This document shows positions 27,681 to 37,738 of a stretch of DNA of 64,000 nt, in pieces; the first letter of the stretch is position 1; every line of letters begins with the position of its first letter. The DNA lies in assembly GCA_964448235.1 (NCBI GenBank), contig CAYUWD010000004.1, forward strand, positions 4,878 to 68,877. Direction: 5' to 3'. Both the position numbers and the translations under genes were made by a program. The DNA is from an uncultured Bacteroidales bacterium. GTDB taxonomy: Bacteria; Bacteroidota; Bacteroidia; Bacteroidales; ML635J-15. The notes under the pieces were generated by a model. The model was given only the letters and a program-made list of their open reading frames with translations. It was not told the DNA's origin and did not search any database.

Positions 27681-28469
27681 TCAAAACTTAATAATAAAAT
27701 CATCTGCATCTTTCAAAACAGGAAATTTTTCCTGAAATTGTCTTTGTGCATTAAAGTCAAGACTCGAATAAATTAAAGTTTCTTTATTATCTTCTGCATA
27801 TGCTAAAGTTTTACCCTTATAATCAATAATACAAGAACCGCCATCATAAGCAATCTGATTAGCATCTACACCAATTCGATTAGCAGCAATAACATAAGAT
27901 TGATTTTCTATTGCCCTTGCTCTTAATAGTGTATCATAAATATAACGACGATTACCTGGCCAGTTGGCAATAAATACTATTGCATCATAATCGTTACGAT
28001 TTCGACTCCAAACAGGAAATCTTAAATCATAACAAATTTGCAATAAAAATCTTACCCCTTTATAATCAGCAATAACCCTATCTTGACCATAGGTAAACAT
28101 TTTTGCTTCTCCTCCAATCTTAAATAAGTGTCGCTTATTATATTTTATGATTTTGCCATCTGGTTTTACAAAGACAAATGAATTATAAAACTTTTTATTC
28201 TCAACAATAATCAAAGATGCACATACAATAAGATTTTTCTTTTTAGCGATATTTTTAAGAAAATCGACAGACTCTCCATCAATTTGTTCTCCAAAAGCTT
28301 CAACATCATTAGTAAATCCAGTATTAAACATTTCAGGTAAAACAAGAATATCTATATCTTGAATTTCTATAAGCATGTCGTTAATTCTGTCAAAATTCTT
28401 AGATGGATTTTGCCAAACAATATTATTCTGTATGACTGCAATATTAATTTTACTCATACCCTGTTTCAA
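27681..28469 (-). CDS. Carbon-nitrogen hydrolase (omega-amidase/YafV-like)
   Basis: Nitrilase-superfamily pattern PEMFNTGF...KRHLF...QICYDLRFPVWSR. An alternative start is M5 at 28457. Confidence 0.75.
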   Translation of the reverse strand: MKQGMSKINIAVIQNNIVWQNPSKNFDRINDMLIEIQDIDILVLPEMFNTGFTNDVEAFGEQIDGESVDFLKNIAKKKNLIVCASLIIVENKKFYNSFVFVKPDGKIIKYNKRHLFKIGGEAKMFTYGQDRVIADYKGVRFLLQICYDLRFPVWSRNRNDYDAIVFIANWPGNRRYIYDTLLRARAIENQSYVIAANRIGVDANQIAYDGGSCIIDYKGKTLAYAEDNKETLIYSSLDFNAQRQFQEKFPVLKDADDFIIKF

Positions 28470-29004
28470 ATTTACCTTTATGAATTCCCTGTAGACCTAT
28501 ATAATTTCTTTTTAATCTTTCCATTATTTGTTTATCATCACCTGACATATCTAATATACCCAGTATTCCCATTTTTCTATTTTCACAATCAAGATATCCC
28601 ATTAAAACAGGGACATTTGCAGATTTAGCTATTCGAATAAATCCTTTTTTCCAATTTTTTGTTTTTTTGCGTGTCCCTTCTGGTGTAATAACAAGATAAA
28701 ATCTATTTTTTGTTTCATTAAAATGTTCTATAGATTGATTAGTTATGCCTGTTTTCCTACCTCTATCAACAGGAATTCCACCCATACTTTTTAGAATAGG
28801 ACCAAAAGGCCAAAAAAAGACTTCTTTTTTTATTAAAACTGTTGGTTTTAATCCATGAGCTGCAAAATAAATTTTCCCCAAAACGAAATCACGCATACTC
28901 GTATGAGGTGCCATTATCACAACTGCCTTCTTAACATCAGGAAACTCATTAAATTCCCATCTGAAAATTTTCAAATATAATTTAGCACATATCTTACCCA
29001 TCAC
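28450..29004 (-). CDS. 1-acyl-sn-glycerol-3-phosphate acyltransferase-like (PlsC family)
   Basis: HxxxxD motif (HTSMRD) and the ITPEGTR motif. Confidence 0.75.
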   Translation of the reverse strand: MMGKICAKLYLKIFRWEFNEFPDVKKAVVIMAPHTSMRDFVLGKIYFAAHGLKPTVLIKKEVFFWPFGPILKSMGGIPVDRGRKTGITNQSIEHFNETKNRFYLVITPEGTRKKTKNWKKGFIRIAKSANVPVLMGYLDCENRKMGILGILDMSGDDKQIMERLKRNYIGLQGIHKGKFETGYE

Positions 29005-29602
29005 TCAATATTATTTCAATCTTATGATTTTTACTCAAGCTTTCTATTACATTATCAAATTGTGATGATCTTATCGAAAAAACAATACTACAATTCTCTA
29101 AGAAAGTTTGATTTATTATTTTTGCACCTTCATTATTAAGCGACTTCATTACAAAATTCATATCATCATAAGCAAATTTAACTTCAGCTGATTCAGTAAC
29201 AAACTCTTCAATAATTTTAGCATTATCTAAAGCATCTCGAGCAGCCGATTTATATGCATTTATTAAGCCTGGTACACCCAACTTAGTACCTCCAAAATAT
29301 CTAACCACAACTATAAGAATATTTGATAATTCAAATGAACGAATTTGCCCCAAAACAGGCATTCCAGAGCTATTGGGTGGTTCTCCATCATCACTTGCAC
29401 GATAAATTTGTTTTTCTGCTCCTAATACAAATGCATAAACATGATGTCTGGCATCATAATATTTTTTTCGTAAATTTTGTTGAATTTCTTTAATTTTCTG
29501 TTCACAATTTACCGGAAAAGCAAAAGCATAGAATTTGCTCCCTTTTTCCGAATAAAACCCAGAAGATTCTGTTTCTATAGTATAAAATGCATCTGTTTTC
29601 AT
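28994..29602 (-). CDS. YigZ/IMPACT-family protein
   Basis: SKFYAFAFPV...ARHHVYAF...DDGEPPNSSGMPVL and a C-terminal DUF1949-like part. Confidence 0.7.
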   Translation of the reverse strand: MKTDAFYTIETESSGFYSEKGSKFYAFAFPVNCEQKIKEIQQNLRKKYYDARHHVYAFVLGAEKQIYRASDDGEPPNSSGMPVLGQIRSFELSNILIVVVRYFGGTKLGVPGLINAYKSAARDALDNAKIIEEFVTESAEVKFAYDDMNFVMKSLNNEGAKIINQTFLENCSIVFSIRSSQFDNVIESLSKNHKIEIILSDG

Positions 29603-30474
29603 AACATATCTGCAATTGTAAGCAAAATTATTGTTATAACGGAAAGAACAATCCCTGATATATTAAGTTTTGATAATTTTTCTTTAAAGAACAAGGTCCC
29701 AATTAATACAGTAAGAATAACTATTCCTACATCTACAACTCCATATGTTACAGAATTAGCAAGCAACCCAGAATTCATTGCAAGGAAGATAAAGTAAACT
29801 GCACCAAAATTCACAGCGCCCAAAATTAAGCCTAAATACCAAGTCCGCATTTTCATAAACCCTTTATAAGTATTACGTCTAAACAAAACTATTAATAAAC
29901 CAAATATAAGGGAAACTCCAAAACACGTAGATGTAAAAGTTGAAGACATTTGTGCGTCCACATAGTTTTCCTTTGAAAAAATAAGTAATGAATTATTTAC
30001 TCCCATACCAATAAATAAAGCAAAAGGTAAGGCCATTACAGCAATGCTATTAACTCTATTTTTTACAGGTTTAACATAAACACTCATGACCACCGCTATA
30101 ACAGCCATAGCAACAGCAACTATTTTAAGAGCATTTACACTCTCATTATAGGCAATTATAGCAAATGTCATAGGAATAACAACTGACATTTTACTTGCTA
30201 CAGTTGTTATTGATATACCTGCAGTTTGGGAGGATCGTCCTACGACAAAAAACAAAACAATAAAAAAGAAACCTATAATGATTGCCGAGAAAATAAAATC
30301 AGAACTGACAATATCTACCACAGAGAAACTACCATTTATAATAAAACCTAATGTAGCTGCTACAATATAATTTATAACTATTACATTAATTAATGGAATT
30401 CTGTACTTATCAACAAATTTAAAGATTACGAAAATCGCAGTTGCAGAAATTATACTTAATATTAACCAAAGCAT
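29599..30474 (-). CDS. DMT/EamA-type integral membrane transporter
   Basis: About 10 hydrophobic helices over 291 aa. ATGA overlap with the yigZ-like gene. Confidence 0.6.
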   Translation of the reverse strand: MLWLILSIISATAIFVIFKFVDKYRIPLINVIVINYIVAATLGFIINGSFSVVDIVSSDFIFSAIIIGFFFIVLFFVVGRSSQTAGISITTVASKMSVVIPMTFAIIAYNESVNALKIVAVAMAVIAVVMSVYVKPVKNRVNSIAVMALPFALFIGMGVNNSLLIFSKENYVDAQMSSTFTSTCFGVSLIFGLLIVLFRRNTYKGFMKMRTWYLGLILGAVNFGAVYFIFLAMNSGLLANSVTYGVVDVGIVILTVLIGTLFFKEKLSKLNISGIVLSVITIILLTIADML

Positions 30475-30505
30475 ATAAAAAATAAGGGGCTAAAAGCCCC
30501 ACATA

Positions 30506-31933
30506 TTACATTTTAAGTCTTTTTTCTATTTCTTCAAGATCTAATCTAAATCGTTTATCTGTTTCGATAAGATTATTTACAGTTTTACAAGCATGTAAAA
30601 CTGTAGCATGATCTTTCCCACCAATTGATGCTCCAATTGAAGCAAGCGATGCTTTAGTCATACTTTTTGCAAAAAACATTGCAATTTGTCTTGCCTGAAC
30701 AATTTCTCTTTTACGAGTTTTACTGCTAAGTAATTCAACAGACATTGAAAAATAATTACAAACAACTTTTTGAATATAGTCGATTGAAATTTCTCTTCTT
30801 GTACTTTTGACAAGTTTATCTATCATATCCTTAGCCAACTCCATGGTAATTTCTTTTTTATTAAGTGTTGACTGAGCTAATAAAGAAACTAATGCGCCTT
30901 CAAGTTCACGAATATTACTTGTTATATGAGACCCAATATATTCAAGAATTTCTTCATTAATAATAATTCCATCTTTATATGTCTTTTTCTTTAATATTTT
31001 TATCCTAGTTTCAAAATCAGGTTCCTGCAAATCAGCTGACAAGCCCCATTTAAATCTAGACAACAACCGTTGCTCCATCCCATTAAGCTCAACCGGAGGT
31101 TTATCAGATGTTAGCACTAATTGTTTCCCATGTTGATGTAAATGATTAAAAATATGGAAAAAGACTTCTTGTGTTCCTTCTTTCTTTGCAAAATATTGCA
31201 CGTCATCAACAATCAAGACATCAATCATCTGATAAAAATGAATAAAGTCATTACGATTATTATTACGTGTTGCTTCCATATATTGAGTAAGGAACTTATT
31301 CGCATCAACATAAAGAACAACTTTTTCTGGCATCAATTTTTTAACTTCTATTCCTATTGCTTGTGCAAGATGAGTTTTTCCTAAACCCGATCCGCCATAC
31401 ACAAAAAGAGGATTAAACGCAGTTCCTCCCGGATTTTGAGCAACAGCATATCCTGCTGAACGAGCTAAACGATTACATTCTCCTTCAACAAAATTATCAA
31501 AAGTATATTCAGGATTTAAGTGTGGATCAACATGTACCTTTTTAATCCCTGGAATAATAAAAGGATTTACAATATTTTTAGTTTCAAAATCCAAAGGCAT
31601 TTGAACAGGTCTGTTTACCAACTGGGTTTTATCACGTGCAGGTATTTTAACGGTATATGGTTTATCGGAATGGGTATTATTCTCCATTATAACATGATAC
31701 TCAAGTTTAGCATCAGGTCCAATAACTTTATGTAGAGTCTTTTTTAGTAAGTCAAGAAATTGTTCTTCTATGAATTCGTAGAAAAATGTACTTGGCACCT
31801 GTATCGTAAGCACATTTTCTTCAATATCCAATGGAACTATAGGTTCAAACCATGTCCGGAAACTGTTTTTAGGAACATTATCCTTAATGATTTGCAAACA
31901 TTTAGACCATATCTCTTCACACCTTTTCACCAT
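30506..31933 (-). CDS. dnaA: Chromosomal replication initiator DnaA
   Basis: AAA+ Walker A GGSGLGKTHL, VDDVQYF, and C-terminal DNA-binding domain IVQARQIAMFF...GGKDHATVLHA. Confidence 0.95.
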   Translation of the reverse strand: MVKRCEEIWSKCLQIIKDNVPKNSFRTWFEPIVPLDIEENVLTIQVPSTFFYEFIEEQFLDLLKKTLHKVIGPDAKLEYHVIMENNTHSDKPYTVKIPARDKTQLVNRPVQMPLDFETKNIVNPFIIPGIKKVHVDPHLNPEYTFDNFVEGECNRLARSAGYAVAQNPGGTAFNPLFVYGGSGLGKTHLAQAIGIEVKKLMPEKVVLYVDANKFLTQYMEATRNNNRNDFIHFYQMIDVLIVDDVQYFAKKEGTQEVFFHIFNHLHQHGKQLVLTSDKPPVELNGMEQRLLSRFKWGLSADLQEPDFETRIKILKKKTYKDGIIINEEILEYIGSHITSNIRELEGALVSLLAQSTLNKKEITMELAKDMIDKLVKSTRREISIDYIQKVVCNYFSMSVELLSSKTRKREIVQARQIAMFFAKSMTKASLASIGASIGGKDHATVLHACKTVNNLIETDKRFRLDLEEIEKRLKM

Positions 31934-32352
31934 TTATAAAAATATTTTTAAATTTCACATTGTCTTTAAAAAGCGCAAGTTTCACTTTTTTTTTTGAAGA
32001 AAAAAATGAAAATGCTATTGTTTTTTAAAAAATTTCGTTTAAGCAACTACAATTATTTACATACAAACCACAGTTTCTACACTCCACAATATACTTAAAA
32101 TCAATCTATTAGAAAGCTATGTTTATTTTTCCACATCCAACTTTAGCGCCTAACTTTATAAGTCATAAAAATAGTAATAAATATTTGTACTCAAAACATT
32201 TTTTGGTTTTTTTTTGGGTTTTTTTATTTCGTTGGAATAAAACCTACATTATCAGTAAATAAGCAGCATTATTTATATAATTAGTTAAAGCATAATACTG
32301 TAGAATAATGTACCTCAATATGTTGTATAACTATTATAATTTACATATACAA
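31934..32352. other. Candidate oriC region upstream of dnaA
   Basis: One near-consensus DnaA box TTTTCCACA (32127-32135, one mismatch to TTATCCACA). Weaker CCACA-containing sites lie at 32065-32088. Long T-tracts lie at about 32200-32227. Local gene orientation switches from minus (left) to plus (right) near here. Confidence 0.35.
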
Positions 32353-32721
32353 TTATTCTAATTTACTTTTATAATAAAAATAGAAATCATTCTTCCTTTT
32401 TTCAGTATTTACAATCCATTCTGGTTCTATAAAGACAGTTGTATCGTTTCCAAATATTGTAAGCTTTATAATCATTGATTCAAAATCCTTAGGCTTGTTA
32501 TTTAATTGAAGTGCTTTTTTATTAAAAATCAACAAACAGTCTCCCTCTGAAATGGTAAACTCATATAAACAACCATCTTTTGTTTCACAAGATACCATAA
32601 TAATGTTTTCCGAAGTGTTTTTTAAATAAAAGTTATTGTCAATTAACAAAGCTCCTGTTCCAATAAAAATTATTGAAATAGCAAATAAAACCCAAAGAAT
32701 AATTTTAAATTTCTTTTTCAT
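32353..32721 (-). CDS. Small membrane-anchored hypothetical protein
   Basis: N-terminal hydrophobic helix ILWVLFAISIIFIGTGALL. No recognisable motif. Confidence 0.4.
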   Translation of the reverse strand: MKKKFKIILWVLFAISIIFIGTGALLIDNNFYLKNTSENIIMVSCETKDGCLYEFTISEGDCLLIFNKKALQLNNKPKDFESMIIKLTIFGNDTTVFIEPEWIVNTEKRKNDFYFYYKSKLE

Positions 32722-32847
32722 ATCTTTTAATAATACACTAAGATAAAATATTAATACAAATAAATAAATATTTATGCTTAAGATTTCTAAAAAAAATTGT
32801 AATTTTCGGAATATAATAAGACTATCAAAAATAAATTAAACTAATTA

Positions 32848-33423
32848 ATGAAAACGATATGTGTATTTTGTAGTTCTAGTGATGATTTAAAAAAAGAATA
32901 TTACAATCTTGCTAAAGATTTAGGAATACTTTTAGCTAAAGAGCATTATTCTTTAATTCATGGTGCTGGAAGCATCGGTCTTATGGGTACTCTTATGCAA
33001 ACAGCCTCAAAATTAGGTGTAAAAATAACTGGTGTAGTTCCAGAAAGGTTAAATAGAAAAAATATTGTTAACGATAAATATCAGAAACTTATCATAACAC
33101 CAGACATGAAAGAACGTAAAGAATATATGCGAAAAAATTCTGATGCATTTATAATACTACCTGGTGGATTTGGAACTATTGAGGAACTTATGGAGACCTT
33201 AACCTTAAAACAACTAAAATATCATAGTAAACCAATAGTAATAATAAATTATAATGGATTTTATGACAATCTCATAAAAATGTTTGACGTACTTTATTAC
33301 GAAAATTTTACTAATAAATCTTACAAAAATCTTTACTATATCTGTGATAACACAAAAGATGCTATTGATTACATAAAAAACTATGTTCATACTAATATTT
33401 ACGATAAATATTTACGTGAATGA
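32848..33423 (+). CDS. LOG-family (TIGR00730) nucleotide phosphoribohydrolase
   Basis: GAGSIGLMG and PGGFGTIEEL motifs. Confidence 0.8.
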   Translation: MKTICVFCSSSDDLKKEYYNLAKDLGILLAKEHYSLIHGAGSIGLMGTLMQTASKLGVKITGVVPERLNRKNIVNDKYQKLIITPDMKERKEYMRKNSDAFIILPGGFGTIEELMETLTLKQLKYHSKPIVIINYNGFYDNLIKMFDVLYYENFTNKSYKNLYYICDNTKDAIDYIKNYVHTNIYDKYLRE

Positions 33424-33445
33424 ATAATCTTAAAACTATATATTA

Positions 33446-34558
33446 ATGAAAAACCATTTCCCAAAAGAGATTTATTTAACCAGAACACGTAAACGTGAAA
33501 TTGATATTCGTGGAGATTTCTTTCGGGATCAAACTGCAATTATTCATTCTACTGCTTTTCGCAGATTAAAAAATAAAACTCAAGTATTTTTTGCTCCAGA
33601 AAATGATCATATCTGTACTCGTATAGAACATGTGCTACATGTAGCTACAATTGCTGCAACAATTTGTAAAGGCTTAAACTCTCATGGATGGAATTTAGAT
33701 ATCGATATGGCATACGCTATTGGACTAGGACATGATTTAGGACATACTCCATTTGGACATGCCGGAGAAATGGCATTAAACAAAATACTTGGTGGGAACA
33801 ATGCATTTATCCATGAAATAAATTCATATAGACAAGTACAATATCTTGCAAATAATGGACTCGGATTAAACCTATGTTATGGAGTCAAAGATGGTATAAT
33901 ATGTCATAATGGAGAAAAAGATGAACAAATATTAAAACCTACAAAATCATTAAACGAACTTGACGAAATAAAAAACAGAAAAGTTATCCCAACATCCTAC
34001 GAAGGATGCATAATGCGCTTTTCTGATAAAATTGCTTATCTGGGTAGAGATATCGAAGATGCCTTTGTTGCAGGATTTATTACAGATCAAGACATCCCTA
34101 AAGATGTAAAAAATCTTTTAGGAGATAGAAATGGTCAAATAATTCAAACTCTTATTGTTGACATAATTAACAATTCTGCACACAAAGATAGCATTGGTTT
34201 TTCTGATGAAACTTTCGAAATGGTTACAAAATTAAAACATTTTAACTACAAAAATATATACGGACATCCAGAATTAAGAAAATATGATGTTTTTTGTGAC
34301 AGAATAATAAATAATCTTTTCGAATATACTTTTGAATTATTATCTAAAATCGGTTTTGAATTTGAAAGATATTCTTCATCCGGAATTGAATTAGATAAAA
34401 ATTTTGGAGAATACCTAAAAGGACAATATAATTTTTACAACAAAAGCAATGACAGTAAAGAACAGATAATAACAGATTACATTTCGGGGATGACTGACTA
34501 TTATGCTTTAGAATCAATAAAACAAATTACCATTCCAAAACCTATACAATTTAAATAA
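33446..34558 (+). CDS. dGTP triphosphohydrolase-like HD-domain protein
   Basis: FRDQTAIIHSTAFRRLKNKTQVF, TRIEHVLHVA, GHDLGHTPFGHAGE. Confidence 0.8.
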   Translation: MKNHFPKEIYLTRTRKREIDIRGDFFRDQTAIIHSTAFRRLKNKTQVFFAPENDHICTRIEHVLHVATIAATICKGLNSHGWNLDIDMAYAIGLGHDLGHTPFGHAGEMALNKILGGNNAFIHEINSYRQVQYLANNGLGLNLCYGVKDGIICHNGEKDEQILKPTKSLNELDEIKNRKVIPTSYEGCIMRFSDKIAYLGRDIEDAFVAGFITDQDIPKDVKNLLGDRNGQIIQTLIVDIINNSAHKDSIGFSDETFEMVTKLKHFNYKNIYGHPELRKYDVFCDRIINNLFEYTFELLSKIGFEFERYSSSGIELDKNFGEYLKGQYNFYNKSNDSKEQIITDYISGMTDYYALESIKQITIPKPIQFK

Positions 34559-35026
34559 ATGTCAAAAGAGATTATATTCGAATTAGAAACATTATCCGAA
34601 AATATAGCAAATGATTTTGCGAATCTTCTGATAACAAATCTAAGTTCAATATATCCAATCAGTCTAAAGAAAAAAATCATAGCCTGTAGCATTGAATTAA
34701 TACAAAATAATTTAATTCATAATAATCAAAATGCTAGTTTAAAAATACTGGAAAACTCGTATAACTATTATATTAATATAATAGAGCTTATAGATAAGGA
34801 ACATTTTGAAAAACTAAAACAAAGCATTAATAGAATCAACAATTCTCAAACAAATATCTTACGAGAGAAGTACTTACTTAATTTATCAACGAATAAAAAA
34901 AATACGGGAAATGGTTTACTATTTTGCAGTCTAAAATCAAAAAACAATATAATAATTGAAAATCAGAACTTTTATAAATCTGAAGTTACAAATATGTCAA
35001 TAACAATAAAATTTAATAAAACATGA
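34559..35026 (+). CDS. SiaB-like / RsbW-like small GHKL-type kinase candidate
   Basis: 155 aa. N-box-like ELIQNNLIHN and a Gly-rich NTGNGLLF. The ATG immediately follows the dGTPase stop codon. ATGA overlap with the downstream DUF1987 gene, the usual SiaB partner. Confidence 0.45.
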   Translation: MSKEIIFELETLSENIANDFANLLITNLSSIYPISLKKKIIACSIELIQNNLIHNNQNASLKILENSYNYYINIIELIDKEHFEKLKQSINRINNSQTNILREKYLLNLSTNKKNTGNGLLFCSLKSKNNIIIENQNFYKSEVTNMSITIKFNKT

Positions 35027-35385
35027 AAATACTAATCTCCAAAGATAAAAAATCTCCAGAAGTAAAATTTAATGATAACGATAGTATTTTATATATTGAA
35101 GGTTTGCTAATACCCGAAAACCCTGAGATTTTCTTTAAAAAGCTCAACAATATCATATTTTCATCGTATAAAGACAATATTAAATTTGTTATTTCATTTA
35201 GTTTAGAATATTTTAATACAGGTGCAGCAAGATTTTTATACAAATTATTTGTAAAACTTAAAGAATATAAAAACATTGAAATAATATGGGAATACGAAGC
35301 TGATGATGAAGATATATTAGAAAGTGGGAAAGAATTTGAAACTCTTACCAATCTTCCATTTGTTTTTAAGGAAATAAAAAAATGA
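35023..35385 (+). CDS. DUF1987 / SiaC-family regulatory phosphoprotein-like
   Basis: SPEVKFNDNDSILYIEGLLIPENPEIFF...LEYFNTGAARFLYKLF...IIWEYEADDEDILESG follows the DUF1987 pattern. Confidence 0.7.
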   Translation: MKILISKDKKSPEVKFNDNDSILYIEGLLIPENPEIFFKKLNNIIFSSYKDNIKFVISFSLEYFNTGAARFLYKLFVKLKEYKNIEIIWEYEADDEDILESGKEFETLTNLPFVFKEIKK

Positions 35386-36656
35386 TAAAACTTAAACACA
35401 TTATTTTTTTCATACTTATATTTTATTTATCTAAGATATATTCACAAACCCTCTATAATAATGGCAACAATATCTGGCTAAATAATTCAGCCATTATGCA
35501 AATAAACGGAGATATTATTAATGCATATGGAGACATAAATTTAACAAAAAACAATGAAACAACATCTGAATTACATATTACTGGAAATTTAATCAATAAC
35601 TCTACAATTAATGCAAATGGTATTATTAGTATTATAAAAAACTGGTATAATAACGCAAGTTTCGAATCACAATCTGGAATAGTATTACTAGCAGGCACAA
35701 ATCAACTAATAAGCGGATCTGTCTCATCTACATTTTATAATCTAAAAGCAAGTTCGGATGGATTAAAAACTCTTGAAATAAATCAATATATAAATGGAAA
35801 ACTCGACTTATATAATTCGGAGTTTAATACACAAGAATATATATTAGAAATATTAAACACATCACCAGATGCTATTATAACAACCAATGGTTATGTATCC
35901 TCTGATCAAGGAGGATTTTTGGCCAGAATGATGCAATTTGATGAAAACTATGTTTTTCCGGTAGGATCACATACAGGAACTGATAGAATTAGATTTGTAA
36001 ACATAAAACAATCAACAGAAGAAAATTCAAGATTTCTGGTACGATTTATTAACCATAGTGCAGATAATGATTCCTATCCAACATCTAGTCATGACACATT
36101 ATCAGATTATATTAATACATATTATTATCACCAAATAAACAGAACAGATGGTAATGCAAGCGTAAAACTAGAAATCGAATTTGAAGAACAAGATGGAAAT
36201 TTTAATGCTATAAGTAATTGGGATACAAATAATCAATTATTATGGAGAACAATTGTAAATTCATACTCAAATGAAACTACTTATAGTTGTATGGCAGACA
36301 GTATTGATTTTGACAATTATGAATACTTTGCCCTTAGCACAAAAGCCGTTATAGAAGAGCCTGTAATACCCATTGAACCAATTGTCCCTGAATTTAATGT
36401 TTATAATTCTTTCTCTCCAAACGGAGACAATTACAATGACACTTGGGTTATTGATGGAATTGGATCTTATCCCAATTGTAATATAAAAATTTTTAATAGA
36501 AATGGTAACCTGATTTTTAATTCAGATGGTTATCAAACGCCTTGGGATGGGAAATATAAGAATGACAATGTACCTGATGCAACTTACTATTATATAATAG
36601 ACTTGTATGGAGATGGGAATAACTTAATAAAAGGTGGTGTTACAATAATTCGTTAG
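35382..36656 (+). CDS. T9SS type-B (gliding motility-associated C-terminal domain) cargo protein
   Basis: Signal peptide. C-terminus FSPNGDNYNDTWVIDGIGSYPNCNIKIFNRNGNLIF...PWDGKYKNDNVPDATYYYIIDL...GGVTIIR. Confidence 0.8.
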   Translation: MIKLKHIIFFILIFYLSKIYSQTLYNNGNNIWLNNSAIMQINGDIINAYGDINLTKNNETTSELHITGNLINNSTINANGIISIIKNWYNNASFESQSGIVLLAGTNQLISGSVSSTFYNLKASSDGLKTLEINQYINGKLDLYNSEFNTQEYILEILNTSPDAIITTNGYVSSDQGGFLARMMQFDENYVFPVGSHTGTDRIRFVNIKQSTEENSRFLVRFINHSADNDSYPTSSHDTLSDYINTYYYHQINRTDGNASVKLEIEFEEQDGNFNAISNWDTNNQLLWRTIVNSYSNETTYSCMADSIDFDNYEYFALSTKAVIEEPVIPIEPIVPEFNVYNSFSPNGDNYNDTWVIDGIGSYPNCNIKIFNRNGNLIFNSDGYQTPWDGKYKNDNVPDATYYYIIDLYGDGNNLIKGGVTIIR

Positions 36657-36657
36657 A

Positions 36658-37614
36658 ATGAAAAAATATGCTTTATATATATTATTACTATTTTTTACAA
36701 ATATTTGTATAAGTCAACAATTACCACAAATAAGTCTTAGACACAAAAATTTGTTTTTTTTAAATCCAGCAGTTGCAGGATCAACCAGTTCACAGGAAAT
36801 AAAGATATTGCATCGTGAACAATGGGCAGGTTTTGAGAATGCACCAACGACTTCTGTTATTAGTTTCAATAAAGAAATAAATACGACAAACGGAATAGGA
36901 GGATACATTATTAATGATATTACAAATCCTACTTCAAGGTTAACTCTAAATCTTTCCTATGCATACATTATTGATATGGATGACATTTTTTTATCTTTTG
37001 GATTGTCCGGAAAAATAATACAATATCGAATAAATGGAGCAGATTTAACGTATCGAGATATAAATGATCCTGTTATGGCTTTTGGGACAGAAAAGAAATG
37101 GCGCCCCGAAGCAAATTGTGGGGTATTATTATATAGTAGAAATTTTTATACAGGCTTTTCTATTAACAATCTTATAAAATCTCAATTTAGACCTTTTGCT
37201 AACGATGAATTAGGTGAAATATATATGGTAAGACATATCTATTTTATGGGACAATATGATTTTATTTTTGAAACACATCGTATAAGTCCAGGAATTTATA
37301 TTGGTTATGCAAAGAAGAGCCCAATAAATACAGAATTAAATATATCATGGTTATATAATAATAGCTTACATTCTTCACTAGGATATCGTTTTGGTGATGC
37401 AATTAACTTAGCCTTAGGATATCGCTTTGGCAGATTCTCTCTATACTATGGATATGATATTGTTACATCTGCTTTACGAAATGTAAATAGCGGATCACAT
37501 GAAGTAATGTTAGGTATAGATATTAGCAGAGAACAAAAAAACATCCCTATGTTTTCCTCTGGTGGCAGTTCAAATCGACATAAATACAATCGTTCAAAAA
37601 AGAGAATGTTTTAA
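36658..37614 (+). CDS. PorP/SprF-family T9SS outer-membrane protein
   Basis: QQLPQISLRHKNLFFLNPAVAGS N-terminus, beta-barrel-like alternating pattern, and a position directly after a type-B cargo gene. Confidence 0.8.
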   Translation: MKKYALYILLLFFTNICISQQLPQISLRHKNLFFLNPAVAGSTSSQEIKILHREQWAGFENAPTTSVISFNKEINTTNGIGGYIINDITNPTSRLTLNLSYAYIIDMDDIFLSFGLSGKIIQYRINGADLTYRDINDPVMAFGTEKKWRPEANCGVLLYSRNFYTGFSINNLIKSQFRPFANDELGEIYMVRHIYFMGQYDFIFETHRISPGIYIGYAKKSPINTELNISWLYNNSLHSSLGYRFGDAINLALGYRFGRFSLYYGYDIVTSALRNVNSGSHEVMLGIDISREQKNIPMFSSGGSSNRHKYNRSKKRMF

Positions 37615-37738
37615 TATTATATCCTATTACTTAAAAAACCTTTTACTGTAATTAAAATTAAACATTAAAATCATATAAGCAATAAAAATTAAATATATAT
37701 TACAACTATTTTACTGTTTATATATTACATAATCAAAT

